Below, one piece after another: positions 1 to 8,474 of a stretch of DNA of 32,000 nucleotides; position 1 is the stretch's first letter; each line of letters opens with the position of its first letter. The position numbers and the translations under genes are program-made. This stretch comes from Phycisphaera mikurensis NBRC 102666. Its GTDB lineage: Bacteria; Planctomycetota; Phycisphaerae; Phycisphaerales; Phycisphaeraceae. Below the pieces are notes generated by a model, which did no database searches, was not told where the DNA came from, and saw only the letters and a list, made by a program, of their open reading frames with translations. The DNA lies in assembly GCF_000284115.1 (NCBI RefSeq), contig NC_017080.1, forward strand, positions 2,100,001-2,132,000, written 5' to 3'.

Positions 1-1445
1 ACGCCGTCGATGGCCCGCAGGTTCGAGGCGTGGTACCCGGCGAGGAACGCGTCGAGCGTGGTCCGCCCGGCGAGGAAGTCCTGGGCCCCGCTCCGCCACT
101 CGAAGACGCCCTCGGGGTCCGCCGAGAGCGAGAGGAAGAGGTCCTTGACGAAGCCGTTCCCCTCGAACGCGTCCAGCTTGTCCCGCAGCGCCGGCGGCAG
201 CTCCACGCCGTCCACGGCGGGCAGCCCGTTCAGCGGCAGGCCGCGCTCCAGGGCGCTGTCGAAGAGCACCTGCACCCCCGCGGGCGACGTGATGTACCGC
301 AGGAAGTCGATGACCGCCTCGCGGTGCGCGGCGTCGCCCCGGTCGCTCGCGGAGAGCACGACCGCGGGCCCGCCGACGCCGCGGAACGCGCCGAGCGCCA
401 GCGGGTCGCCGCGGATCGTCGGCAGCCACGACACGCCCCAGCGGAAGCCGACCGGCCCGGCCGCGCCGCTGGCCCCCGCGTCGGTCTCGCGCCGCGTCAG
501 GTCCAGCACCTCGCCGGAGAGCATCAGCCCCATCGCCGCTTTCTGCTGCAGGAACAGCCGCGTGGCGTTCTGCCCATCGGTGCCGAGGAAGCCCGGCTGC
601 GCGAAGGCGAGCAGCTCGCCGAGGCGCCGGTGGATCGACCGGAACCGATCCGACCGCACGTCGATGCGGCCCTCGCGGAAGGCGAGCAGCGCCCGCTCGG
701 TGTTGATCGGGACCAGCAGGTCCGAGCCGTCCGGGTCGTGGGCCGTGGCCTCCACGTAGTCCCAGTCGCCCGGCTGCGCGGCGACCACCGGCAGCAGGTC
801 GCGCAGGTACACGTCCATCAGCATCCGGTGGAGCCACGCCACCTGACCCACCCGGAAGCTCTCCGCGTCGCCGCCGATCGCCAGCGGCGTGACGCCGGCG
901 TCTTGCAGCGTTGCGCAGGCGTCCAGGAAGCCGTCCCAGTCTTCGGGCACGCCGTCGATGCCGTGCGCCGCGAGCAGGTCGCGGTTGAAGACCAGCCCGA
1001 TCTCCACCGCGTCCAACGGAATCTGGTAGACGCGGCCGTTGTAGGCGTAGCGGTCGAGCAGCGCCCGGTCGAAGCCGTCGGCCCATGGCTCGCCGCTGTG
1101 CGGGTTCAACGCGTCCAGCGCCTCGTCGAGGAAGCGGACGCCGCCCTCCTGCACGAGGCCGGAGATGAAGTTGACGTGGAAGAGGTCCGGCACGAGGTCG
1201 CCGCCGGCGGCGAAGCGCGTCCGCAGCCACGTGCCATAGCCCTCGGGGATGAGCGAGAGCTCGATCCGCGTGCCGGGGTTCTCGCGCTCGTAGGCCGCCG
1301 CGAGCTCCTGGAACCCCGGGAAGTAGTTGGGCGTGTTGACCGCGAGCGAGACGGTTTCGGCGGAAGCCGGGCTTGCCCGCGGCAACGCGAGCGTGAGCCC
1401 GACCAGCAGGAAGAGCAGCAGCGAGCCGGAGCGGCGCTCGGCCAT
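1..1445 (-). CDS. ABC transporter extracellular solute-binding protein (sugar type); C-terminal end runs off the left window edge
   Basis: Absent from the ORF track because it is open at the window edge. My reverse-strand translation from ATG 1445..1443 gives MAERRSGSLLLFLLVGLTLALPRASPASAETVSLAVNTPNYFPGFQELAAAYERENPGTRIELSLIPEGYGTWLRTRF...YNGRVYQIPLDAVEIGLVFNRDLLAAHGI... This is a signal peptide followed by a periplasmic sugar-binding-protein-like sequence. The frame stays open for about 481 codons with G/C-rich third positions. The start overlaps the stop of the upstream gene (TGATG). Confidence 0.8.
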   Translation of the reverse strand, partial: MAERRSGSLLLFLLVGLTLALPRASPASAETVSLAVNTPNYFPGFQELAAAYERENPGTRIELSLIPEGYGTWLRTRFAAGGDLVPDLFHVNFISGLVQEGGVRFLDEALDALNPHSGEPWADGFDRALLDRYAYNGRVYQIPLDAVEIGLVFNRDLLAAHGIDGVPEDWDGFLDACATLQDAGVTPLAIGGDAESFRVGQVAWLHRMLMDVYLRDLLPVVAAQPGDWDYVEATAHDPDGSDLLVPINTERALLAFREGRIDVRSDRFRSIHRRLGELLAFAQPGFLGTDGQNATRLFLQQKAAMGLMLSGEVLDLTRRETDAGASGAAGPVGFRWGVSWLPTIRGDPLALGAFRGVGGPAVVLSASDRGDAAHREAVIDFLRYITSPAGVQVLFDSALERGLPLNGLPAVDGVELPPALRDKLDAFEGNGFVKDLFLSLSADPEGVFEWRSGAQDFLAGRTTLDAFLAGYHASNLRAIDG

Positions 1446-4400
1446 CACGCGTCCCGGAGCCGGCGGACGGAAAGCACCGGCCGGGCCCTGAGGCCGACCG
1501 GCACGAACTGGTACCGCTCGACGTCCAGCGGGCCGCCGGGGTCGTAGCACTCCGGGCCGGTCCACTCCGGCCAGAGGTCGCGGTGGTGCAGCGGGCCCAG
1601 GCAGTTGCGCCGGTGACCGAGCAGCTCGACCTCTAAGCCAACGTCGCCGCTTCTTCCGCTCAGCGCCTCGGTCAGGTCCGCTTCGAAGGGCGGCCAAGCG
1701 ACGAGCGCATCCACACCGCCCACCCGCACGCGCGCGGCCACCGCGTCGAAGCCGGGCAGCGAGAGCACGAGCCGGTCGCCGGGGCGGTGCTCCGGCACCT
1801 CCACCGTCAACGCGTGGGTCAGGTTCCCGCCGTACATCGGCAGGCCCTGGCCGTTCCAGTCGCCGAGCGCGACGGCCGTCGGCTCCGCCGTCATCACCAT
1901 GTCGAGCCCGTCGACGCGGGCGCCGAAGCCGCCGAGCAGGTACACCGCCTCGAGCCCGGGGTGCAGCTCGTCGACGCGGCCGCGGACCGTGAGCGTGTGG
2001 ACCCCTTTTCGCAGACGGTCCGCGGGCAGCGGGACTCTGCGGATCGCCCGGTCGCACCAGAAGCCGTCGTCGGCGACCGCGACGGCCTCGCCGTCGAGGT
2101 CGAGCCGGAAGGTGGCGGGCCGCTCGATCCCGAGCCACAAGTCGCCGGTTGGCGGCGCCTCCACGATGAAGGAGAAGCGCATCTCCACGTCCGCCCCCCG
2201 CGGGTCCGTCACCGGGTCGCGGGCCCAGGGCTGCTTCATCTGCCCGCCGCGGTGCGGCATCCCGACGCGGTCGCGGAACAGCCGGTCGATGGCGAGGACG
2301 TCCGCCTCGGAACGGAGCGGCTCGCCGTCGAAGCCGAAGCGGGCGCGGTCCAGCACGATCACGTTCGGCTCGGAACGCTCGATCGCGTAGGGGCCGTCGG
2401 AGGCCGCGACCGCCCGCACCTCCTCGAACCGGTCGTCGCTCGGCGGCAGGTCCTCGTCCTCGCCTCCCGCTTTGGGCACGCGGAACAGCCGGGACCCCAG
2501 CGCCGGCAACGAGGTGTCGATCGTCCAGCCGTCTCCCGACCGCTCCGCCGCCGGCCGCAGCACCCGGCCCGTCGCCGGGTCCAGCTCCACCGGGCGGCCC
2601 GCCGCGCCCGCGAAGCCGGAGATCGACAGCCGCGGGTACGCCCGCGTCCGCTCGACGCAGCGCAGCGGGTCGTTCATGTGCGCAGGACGCTGGTCGTCGC
2701 GGTGGCCGGTGTTGCAGACGAACAGCGTCCACGCCTCTTCGTCCTCGCGGAGCAGGTGCAGCAGCGAGGCCGCCGCCGAACCGTCCGGCTCGCGGAAGCG
2801 GAGCCGCCGGCCCCGCTCCCCGACGGCGTCGAGCCAGCGGTCTCCGCCTTCCGCCCGGCCGGCCAGCGCCGCCGCCGCGGGCGCCGGCCGGGCGTCGACC
2901 AGGCCCGCCGGCTCGCCCGCGAACACCACGCGCCCGCCCGCGTCGAGGAAGCCCCGCAGCAGCGCGAGCGTCGCCGACCGGATGGTCTCCATCGGCGGCA
3001 CCACCACCACCCGGTACACCGCCTCGCCGACGCGCAGCGTGGGCCCCTCCTCCACCGACCCCAGGCGCCCGAGCATCTCCTCGTCGCCGTAGTCGAAGTC
3101 GATGCCCGCTCCCAGCAGCGCGTCCCGCACCCGGATGACCGAGGCGTCGAGCGCCTCCACCGCCGGCGTCTCCATCCCGCCCGGCCGGGTGTGCAGCCAC
3201 ACCGACTCCACCGGGTGAAGCACCAGCACGTCGCGCACCTCCCGGCTCCCGGGCCGGTCCAGCGCCGCGTGGATCCGCGCGAAGTAGGTCTCGACCTCGC
3301 CGTACGACGCCCACCACGGCGACTGGTCGAAGACGCTCGCGGGGTAGTCGCGCTTGCACTCGCCGAGCAGCGTGTACAGCGAGAGGTGGTGGCACCGCAG
3401 GTTGATGCCCAGCGCCGCCTGCCAGTCGCCCAGCGCCTTGTGCCCGGCGAAGGAGAAGTCCCAGCCGGTGCAGCCGTAGGTCTCGGTCAGGCGCCAGCGC
3501 CGGCCGACCTGGCGGGCCACGCTGCTGACCTGCTTGGCCGTCTCGTACACCCGCCACCGCTCGGTGAGCAGGTCCATGCCCGGCGCCTGCATCGGCTCGA
3601 GCTGGCGCATGACCGAGCCCACGTGCTCGGCCTGCCGCGAGAGCGTGTCCTCCAGGAGAACGTGGCCGGTGAGCATCACGCCGTGCTCCTCGCACCACGC
3701 GCCGATCTGCCGCGTGAAGGCGTCGGCGAACATCTCGGTCCGCAGATGGTGGTAGCGGAAGCGCGTCTCCGCGGTCGCGTCCCGGGGGCCGTCGAAGAAC
3801 AGCGCCGGCAGGCTGTCGAGCAGGTCCTCGCCGAAGCGCTCCCGGTACGCGGCGGGCAGCCCCGCCGTCCAGGAGATGCCCGGCTGCAGGTGCCCGATGT
3901 TCGGCTCGTCGGTGAAGATCCCGGGAATCGTCCGTCCGAAGTCGTCGCCGTGCCGCCGGGCGTAGGCCTCGTGGGTCACCTCCAGGAACCTCGCCACCGC
4001 CGCGGGGTTGAGGTTGTCCAGGTAGGCCGCGCCGTTGTACCAGTCGCTGGTCTCCATCACGTGGACGCGGAAGCGCACGCACGCCTCGCCCGCCCGCAGC
4101 GCGTCGCCGGGACCCAGCCGACGCGACGACCGCGCCGCCTCCCCCTCCAATACCACCGCGAACCGGGCGACCGTCTCGTGCCCGTCCGCCTCCGCCGCGT
4201 CGGCCTCCCTGACGCTCGCGTGCGTCTCCGCCACCAGCCGCCGCAGCCGCAGCGCCGGGTCCCGCGTGACCAGCCCGCCGGCCCCGCCGCTGGGCCAGCG
4301 GTCCTCGTCGTAGATCCACGCCGTCATCCCCAGCCGCTTGGCCTCGTCCACGCACAGCCGCGTGAGGTCGAACCACTCGTCGCTGAGGTAGGCCGTCTCC

Positions 4401-4585
4401 AGCCCGACCCGCGGGTGCATGAAGAAGCCGCCGAAGCCCATCTCCTTGAGCAAGCCGATCTGCCGGAGCATCTCCTCGGGCTCCAGCGCCGCGTTCCACG
4501 ACCACAGCGGCAGCCCGCGGAACTCCGCGGCGGGTTCGCGGAACCAAGTGTTGGCAGAAGCCTGAGGCACGGTTGAGATCTGCAT
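1445..4585 (-). CDS. large multidomain glycoside hydrolase-like protein (N-terminal TIM-barrel-like region; GH106-type / glycosyl-hydrolase-like jelly-roll family resemblance)
   Basis: Track ORF 1445..4705 (1086 aa). From Met41: MQISTVPQASANTWFREPAAEFRGLPLWSWNAALEPEEMLRQIGLLKEMGFGGFFMHPRVGLETAYLSDEWF...AWIYDEDRWPSGGAGG. From memory, this resembles the N-terminus of a widespread family of roughly 1000-aa bacterial glycosidases. Codons 4705..4586 contain rare TTA/CGA/TGT, so I place the start at ATG 4585 (alternatives 4621 and 4705). The family assignment is tentative. Confidence 0.7.
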   Translation of the reverse strand: MQISTVPQASANTWFREPAAEFRGLPLWSWNAALEPEEMLRQIGLLKEMGFGGFFMHPRVGLETAYLSDEWFDLTRLCVDEAKRLGMTAWIYDEDRWPSGGAGGLVTRDPALRLRRLVAETHASVREADAAEADGHETVARFAVVLEGEAARSSRRLGPGDALRAGEACVRFRVHVMETSDWYNGAAYLDNLNPAAVARFLEVTHEAYARRHGDDFGRTIPGIFTDEPNIGHLQPGISWTAGLPAAYRERFGEDLLDSLPALFFDGPRDATAETRFRYHHLRTEMFADAFTRQIGAWCEEHGVMLTGHVLLEDTLSRQAEHVGSVMRQLEPMQAPGMDLLTERWRVYETAKQVSSVARQVGRRWRLTETYGCTGWDFSFAGHKALGDWQAALGINLRCHHLSLYTLLGECKRDYPASVFDQSPWWASYGEVETYFARIHAALDRPGSREVRDVLVLHPVESVWLHTRPGGMETPAVEALDASVIRVRDALLGAGIDFDYGDEEMLGRLGSVEEGPTLRVGEAVYRVVVVPPMETIRSATLALLRGFLDAGGRVVFAGEPAGLVDARPAPAAAALAGRAEGGDRWLDAVGERGRRLRFREPDGSAAASLLHLLREDEEAWTLFVCNTGHRDDQRPAHMNDPLRCVERTRAYPRLSISGFAGAAGRPVELDPATGRVLRPAAERSGDGWTIDTSLPALGSRLFRVPKAGGEDEDLPPSDDRFEEVRAVAASDGPYAIERSEPNVIVLDRARFGFDGEPLRSEADVLAIDRLFRDRVGMPHRGGQMKQPWARDPVTDPRGADVEMRFSFIVEAPPTGDLWLGIERPATFRLDLDGEAVAVADDGFWCDRAIRRVPLPADRLRKGVHTLTVRGRVDELHPGLEAVYLLGGFGARVDGLDMVMTAEPTAVALGDWNGQGLPMYGGNLTHALTVEVPEHRPGDRLVLSLPGFDAVAARVRVGGVDALVAWPPFEADLTEALSGRSGDVGLEVELLGHRRNCLGPLHHRDLWPEWTGPECYDPGGPLDVERYQFVPVGLRARPVLSVRRLRDA

Positions 4586-4963
4586 TCTTGAGGCCAGGCG
4601 GGCCGCCCGGATGGACGACATCTCATCGGAGACTAATCGTTCGGTACAGACCGTGCGAGCGGTCTCGGCGAGCAGGTACTCGGACCGCCGCCTCGCTCGA
4701 GTCATCGTGAACCTTTGTGCGTGTCCCTCGATGAAGCAACATGCCCGAGAACACGTGCGATTGCGGTCATCCTCGAGGCCCAGGGCGAGGTCCTTGCATT
4801 CAAACGAGGATGCAATAGGGTGTGTACCAAATCAGCTCCCCTTCTCGCTCGCACGCAATCTGTTTCAAGCGTTTCCTTTCCTCCGAGGTTGCTCCGCTGC
4901 GACCACGGCTCGGCACGACGGCCAGCGCGAACGCAGCGATCCTCCTCTCCTCGCAAGGGCTTC

Positions 4964-5926
4964 ATGCTTCGTTCGCTTCTTCTTGCCGTCTCAGTCGCCA
5001 CCAGCCTGCTTCCGTTGTCCGCCGCGCGGGCCACCGACGTCTTTCTGAGTCCGGTCGGTTCCCGTGGGCTCGGAGAACCCCGTGGTGCGGCGGGATGGCT
5101 GGAATCTCGCGCCGCTCTTCGGGGGTACTGGTTCAACATCGCTGGCCTCAGCAATGCCGACGCGATGGCCGTGATCCTCCAGACACCCAACGCGGAACAT
5201 GCCATCGTGCCCATCTCATTCAAAAAGAGGGTGAACGAGACCGAACTCATTGTGGCGTGCCCGGCGTTCAACAAGCTGCAGAACATCAACGCCCTGCTCG
5301 GACCCGACCGCTCGCTCGATGTCGCGGTCGTCGCCTTCGACTGCGTCAGCGCCGCGGAAGGTGCATTGGACCTCAACGTCCTCCGAATGACACCTCCGCG
5401 CCCGCTGCGACCGATGAACATCAACGAAGCGGCCGCTTTGGTGCGTGAGGCCAGCCGCGGCGACCGCTTCGGTGGCGCGGGCACGGCGGTCACGTTCTCG
5501 CCACGCCATGGTCTCCACCGGCCGAGCTTGGGCGTCGGCACTTACCTCTGGCGAGCGCGAAAACTGATGGATGAGGCGACCGATGGTGTCGCAGTCGAGG
5601 TGAGCCCTTGGAGGCTCAACAGATTTCCGGCTGCTCGCGAGGGTTTCTTTCGTCTCTACGACGAAGCGAAAGGTCGTGGCCTGAACTTCTACTGGCTGAT
5701 GAACCGTGGGGTCGACACAAGCAACGCCGACTGGCTGAGAGAGGTCCAGCGGGGGCTGGCGCTTGCACGAGATCGAGACCGCATCCCCGATGTGGTCGCA
5801 GTGTCCAACCACGGCGACATCGGCGACGTCAACTACCTACCGCTCGTGCCCGAACGGGATCTTTCGGGGCAACCGAACAACACGCTGTCCGGAACGCTGC
5901 TCTTCCTGCAGAACCAGCTGCAGTGA
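4964..5926 (+). CDS. hypothetical secreted protein (about 320 aa), no recognised family
   Basis: Track ORF 4715..5926. I start it at ATG 4964 because MLRSLLLAVSVATSLLPLSAARA/TDV is a clean signal peptide and the 83 upstream codons look non-coding. Third-codon positions are less G/C-biased than in the neighbouring genes. Weak by-eye similarity to the protein at 28928..29827. Confidence 0.6.
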   Translation: MLRSLLLAVSVATSLLPLSAARATDVFLSPVGSRGLGEPRGAAGWLESRAALRGYWFNIAGLSNADAMAVILQTPNAEHAIVPISFKKRVNETELIVACPAFNKLQNINALLGPDRSLDVAVVAFDCVSAAEGALDLNVLRMTPPRPLRPMNINEAAALVREASRGDRFGGAGTAVTFSPRHGLHRPSLGVGTYLWRARKLMDEATDGVAVEVSPWRLNRFPAAREGFFRLYDEAKGRGLNFYWLMNRGVDTSNADWLREVQRGLALARDRDRIPDVVAVSNHGDIGDVNYLPLVPERDLSGQPNNTLSGTLLFLQNQLQ

Positions 5927-6098
5927 AACGTGGAGGCGCCGTTCGTCTGCTTCCTCCAGCGGCGCAGGCCGCGTTCATGGCATCAGAAGGTCGAGGCAGA
6001 TCATCTTGCTTGATGCACATGGGTCACGACGGACTCTGACACAGGCGGGCGGCGGCCGAGACAAGCGACATCAGGCCGCTCTGCTGCAGTTTCTGACA

Positions 6099-7586
6099 TC
6101 ACTTCCCGTCGTTTGCACCCGGGATGCGGAGGTGGAACGGAGCGGCGGGCAACCCACTGCGATCCGTCAAGTTCACGCCGATCGGGTTGTCGGCCCAGCC
6201 GTAGAGCACTTCCACCGGCTGGCCCACCCCCTCGGCGGTGAGGCGGACCGTGTCGTCATGGAGGACGCTGGTCGCGCGTTCCGTGCGGCCGTTCGCGCTC
6301 CGAAGCCAGAACTCGGCGGGCGGCTTCCCGTCGTCGGTGAGGAGCGGCGGCGAGGCGGTGGCAAACCGCACGTGGACGGCTTCGCCGTCCCGCAGAACCT
6401 CCTCCACCCGCGGACCCTCGGCCACGTTGCCGCGGCCGTAGACGTCGCGAAGGGCCAGCTTGGCGAGGCGCCGGCCCACCGGCGCCTTGTCCTTCGGGTG
6501 GATGTCCGTGAAATCGGGATCGTCGAGGTCTACGATCACCGCCATGGCAGCGCCCGGCACGGTTGCCGCGGTCTCGGCCTGCACGGCCCGCAGCGGCGGC
6601 CATGGCTGCTCGACGAAGTCGACACCCAGCGGAGCGCGGTAGCGAGCGAGTTGCACGAAGAGGAAGGGCAGGTCGGGCCGCTGCCACGCCGCCCGCCACG
6701 CCTTGATCAGCAGCGGGAACAGCACCCGGTAGCGCGGAGCGTCGGAAGCGTCGCTCTCGCCCTGGTACCAGATGACGCCGGTGACCGGCGTCTCCCGGAG
6801 CGGGTGGATCATCGCGTTGTAGAGGGCGCCGGCGCGGTGCTGCGGGTCGGGATGGTTCGCGGTGGAGGCAATCAGCGATGCGGTCGCCGGCTCGGATGAA
6901 AGCGCTGCGACCGGTGCCCAGGAAGCCGCGCCGGTGCCGCCCCAGCTCGCGTGCAGGACACCGATGGGCACGCCGGTCGCCTCGTGCACCTCGAGCGCGA
7001 AGCGGTGCGCCACGGCGCTGAAGCCGCGGGTTCCCTGCGGCGTGGTCGGCAACCACCGCGCCTCCGCGACCGCCAGCGGCACCTCGCTGGCGGTTCGCGC
7101 CACCTGCAGGTGACGCACCAGCGGGACGCTCTGCGCGGCGACGACCGCGCCATCGGCGGCGTCCATGACCCGCCACTGCATGTTGCTCTGGCCGGAGGCG
7201 AGCCAGAGATCGCCAACCGCGACGTCCTCACAGAAGATGGTTCCAACGTTGCCCCGGCCCGGATCGACCTCGTCCACGCGGAGCGTGTACGGCCCGCCCG
7301 CCGGCATCGGGGGGAGCTTCACGACGAAGGTGCCGTCCGCGCTCACCGGTGCGGACTCGCTGACCACCGCGTTCTTCGCGTCGAGAAACGCAGCGCGGGC
7401 CAGCATCCCGGCTCGGGCGGTTCCACGGACCGTGATCGGTTGATCCCGTTGAAACACTGCATGATCACCCACGAGCGGGTGCAGCCGCAACCCGAACGCG
7501 GGCGGCGTCGACGCGACCACGAGCAAGACGATCAATCGGGTGATGAAAGGCATGTCCATGGGGACCGGGCGCAAGCAGAACGACAT
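6099..7586 (-). CDS. sialate O-acetylesterase-like carbohydrate esterase (SASA / DUF303, SGNH-type)
   Basis: Track ORF 6099..8186, but its first ~200 codons overlap the pseudopilin gene and look spurious. Start placed at ATG 7586 (MSFCLRPVPMDMPFITRLIVLLVVASTPPAFG; alternatives 7559 and 7553). Motifs: GDLWLASGQSNMQ, HASWGGT, VIWYQGESD, DIHPKDK. Confidence 0.85.
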   Translation of the reverse strand: MSFCLRPVPMDMPFITRLIVLLVVASTPPAFGLRLHPLVGDHAVFQRDQPITVRGTARAGMLARAAFLDAKNAVVSESAPVSADGTFVVKLPPMPAGGPYTLRVDEVDPGRGNVGTIFCEDVAVGDLWLASGQSNMQWRVMDAADGAVVAAQSVPLVRHLQVARTASEVPLAVAEARWLPTTPQGTRGFSAVAHRFALEVHEATGVPIGVLHASWGGTGAASWAPVAALSSEPATASLIASTANHPDPQHRAGALYNAMIHPLRETPVTGVIWYQGESDASDAPRYRVLFPLLIKAWRAAWQRPDLPFLFVQLARYRAPLGVDFVEQPWPPLRAVQAETAATVPGAAMAVIVDLDDPDFTDIHPKDKAPVGRRLAKLALRDVYGRGNVAEGPRVEEVLRDGEAVHVRFATASPPLLTDDGKPPAEFWLRSANGRTERATSVLHDDTVRLTAEGVGQPVEVLYGWADNPIGVNLTDRSGLPAAPFHLRIPGANDGK

Positions 7587-7614
7587 CGGGAAGCCTGCCG
7601 GCGCGGTGCCGGCA

Positions 7615-8412
7615 TCAGAAGAACTGCAGGTAGACGCCGGAGCGAAAGGGTGCCGCTGCTCCGCCGGAGGTGAGGCCGTCCTCGGCCACCGAGGGGTGGA
7701 AGATGTTGTCTCCGAACAGGTAAGGGCCCCGCCCCTGCCGCGTATCGAGCAGCCCGGAGTTCTCGAAACTGACATGATTGTCGTTGTAGACCACCGATCC
7801 TCGCCACTCGCTCGGCTCGTTGGACCAGACGCTTCCATAGGTGCCCGCCGCGGCGACGGTGTTGATCTGGCCCCCGTTGAGATCCACCGCCCGGTCCGCC
7901 ATGACCGGCGACTGCCCGTTGAGCGTCTCCCGCCACTCCCGGAAGCGCGGCTCCGGCGCAAGGGGCGACGACCCGGAGGAATCCAGAAACACGAGTTGAG
8001 CGACGGCGTAGGAGAGGTTGCCGAGCGCCAAGCCGGTCGGGAGCGAAGCGTCGTAAGGGGTGCGGGACTCGTCTCCGGGATTGAGCAGGTACGCGGGGGG
8101 GATGTAGTCGCCGTCGATGAGCAGGAGCATGCGGCCGCGATTGGAGGCACCGCTGTACGTGAGCGTGGTGCCGGGGCGAAGCTCACTCGCGAGGACCTCC
8201 GTGCCGGCGCTGTCGATCCCGGGGAAGAAACCCTTGTTCCCCTGCGCGTAGGCGACCATCCCCTGGTGAATCCCGCGAACCTGCGTCCCGTTCTGCATCT
8301 GCTTCGCCGCGGTGCGCGCCGCGCCCAGGGCCGGGAGGAGGATGCCGATGAGCAGCGCGATGATCGAGATGACCACCAGGAGTTCGATGAGCGTGAAGGC
8401 GGACCGTCGCAT
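7615..8412 (-). CDS. prepilin-type N-terminal cleavage/methylation domain protein (type II pseudopilin-like, DUF1559-like)
   Basis: [33 protein letters not shown]... is the classic pilin/pseudopilin N-terminal helix. The C-terminal GSVVYNDNHVSFEN resembles the DUF1559 C-terminal motif. GGAA lies 12 nt upstream of the ATG. Confidence 0.9.
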   Translation of the reverse strand: MRRSAFTLIELLVVISIIALLIGILLPALGAARTAAKQMQNGTQVRGIHQGMVAYAQGNKGFFPGIDSAGTEVLASELRPGTTLTYSGASNRGRMLLLIDGDYIPPAYLLNPGDESRTPYDASLPTGLALGNLSYAVAQLVFLDSSGSSPLAPEPRFREWRETLNGQSPVMADRAVDLNGGQINTVAAAGTYGSVWSNEPSEWRGSVVYNDNHVSFENSGLLDTRQGRGPYLFGDNIFHPSVAEDGLTSGGAAAPFRSGVYLQFF

Positions 8413-8474
8413 GGTGTCTTGATTCCAGAGGGAAGATGAGGGAGGAAGAAACAGAGGGCTCGTGCGCGTGAGAT

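Noticed and set aside
30-1547. Long plus-strand ORFs (10..759 and 30..1547, up to 505 aa) at the left edge
   Set aside because: They are antisense to a clearly recognisable solute-binding-protein gene. Their translations are Arg/Pro/Gly/Ala-rich low complexity, typical of off-frame ORFs in ~70% GC DNA.
1787-4576. 929-aa plus-strand ORF
   Set aside because: It lies entirely antisense to the glycoside-hydrolase-like gene, which has strong family motifs. The composition is R/P/G/A-biased with no motifs.
5927-6098. Possible terminator between convergent genes (GCGGCC - 16 nt - GGCCGC)
   Set aside because: The stem is only 6 bp, the loop is large, and no T-tract follows. This is not distinguishable from chance in this composition.
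7587-8186. N-terminal extensions of track ORFs 6099..8186, 8475..10892, 19642..22122, 21195..22889, 14948..16168, 26626..28848 and 28511..29827
   Set aside because: Each extension overlaps the neighbouring gene or is low-complexity. In each case an internal Met followed by a clean signal peptide or domain start gives a protein of normal family length.
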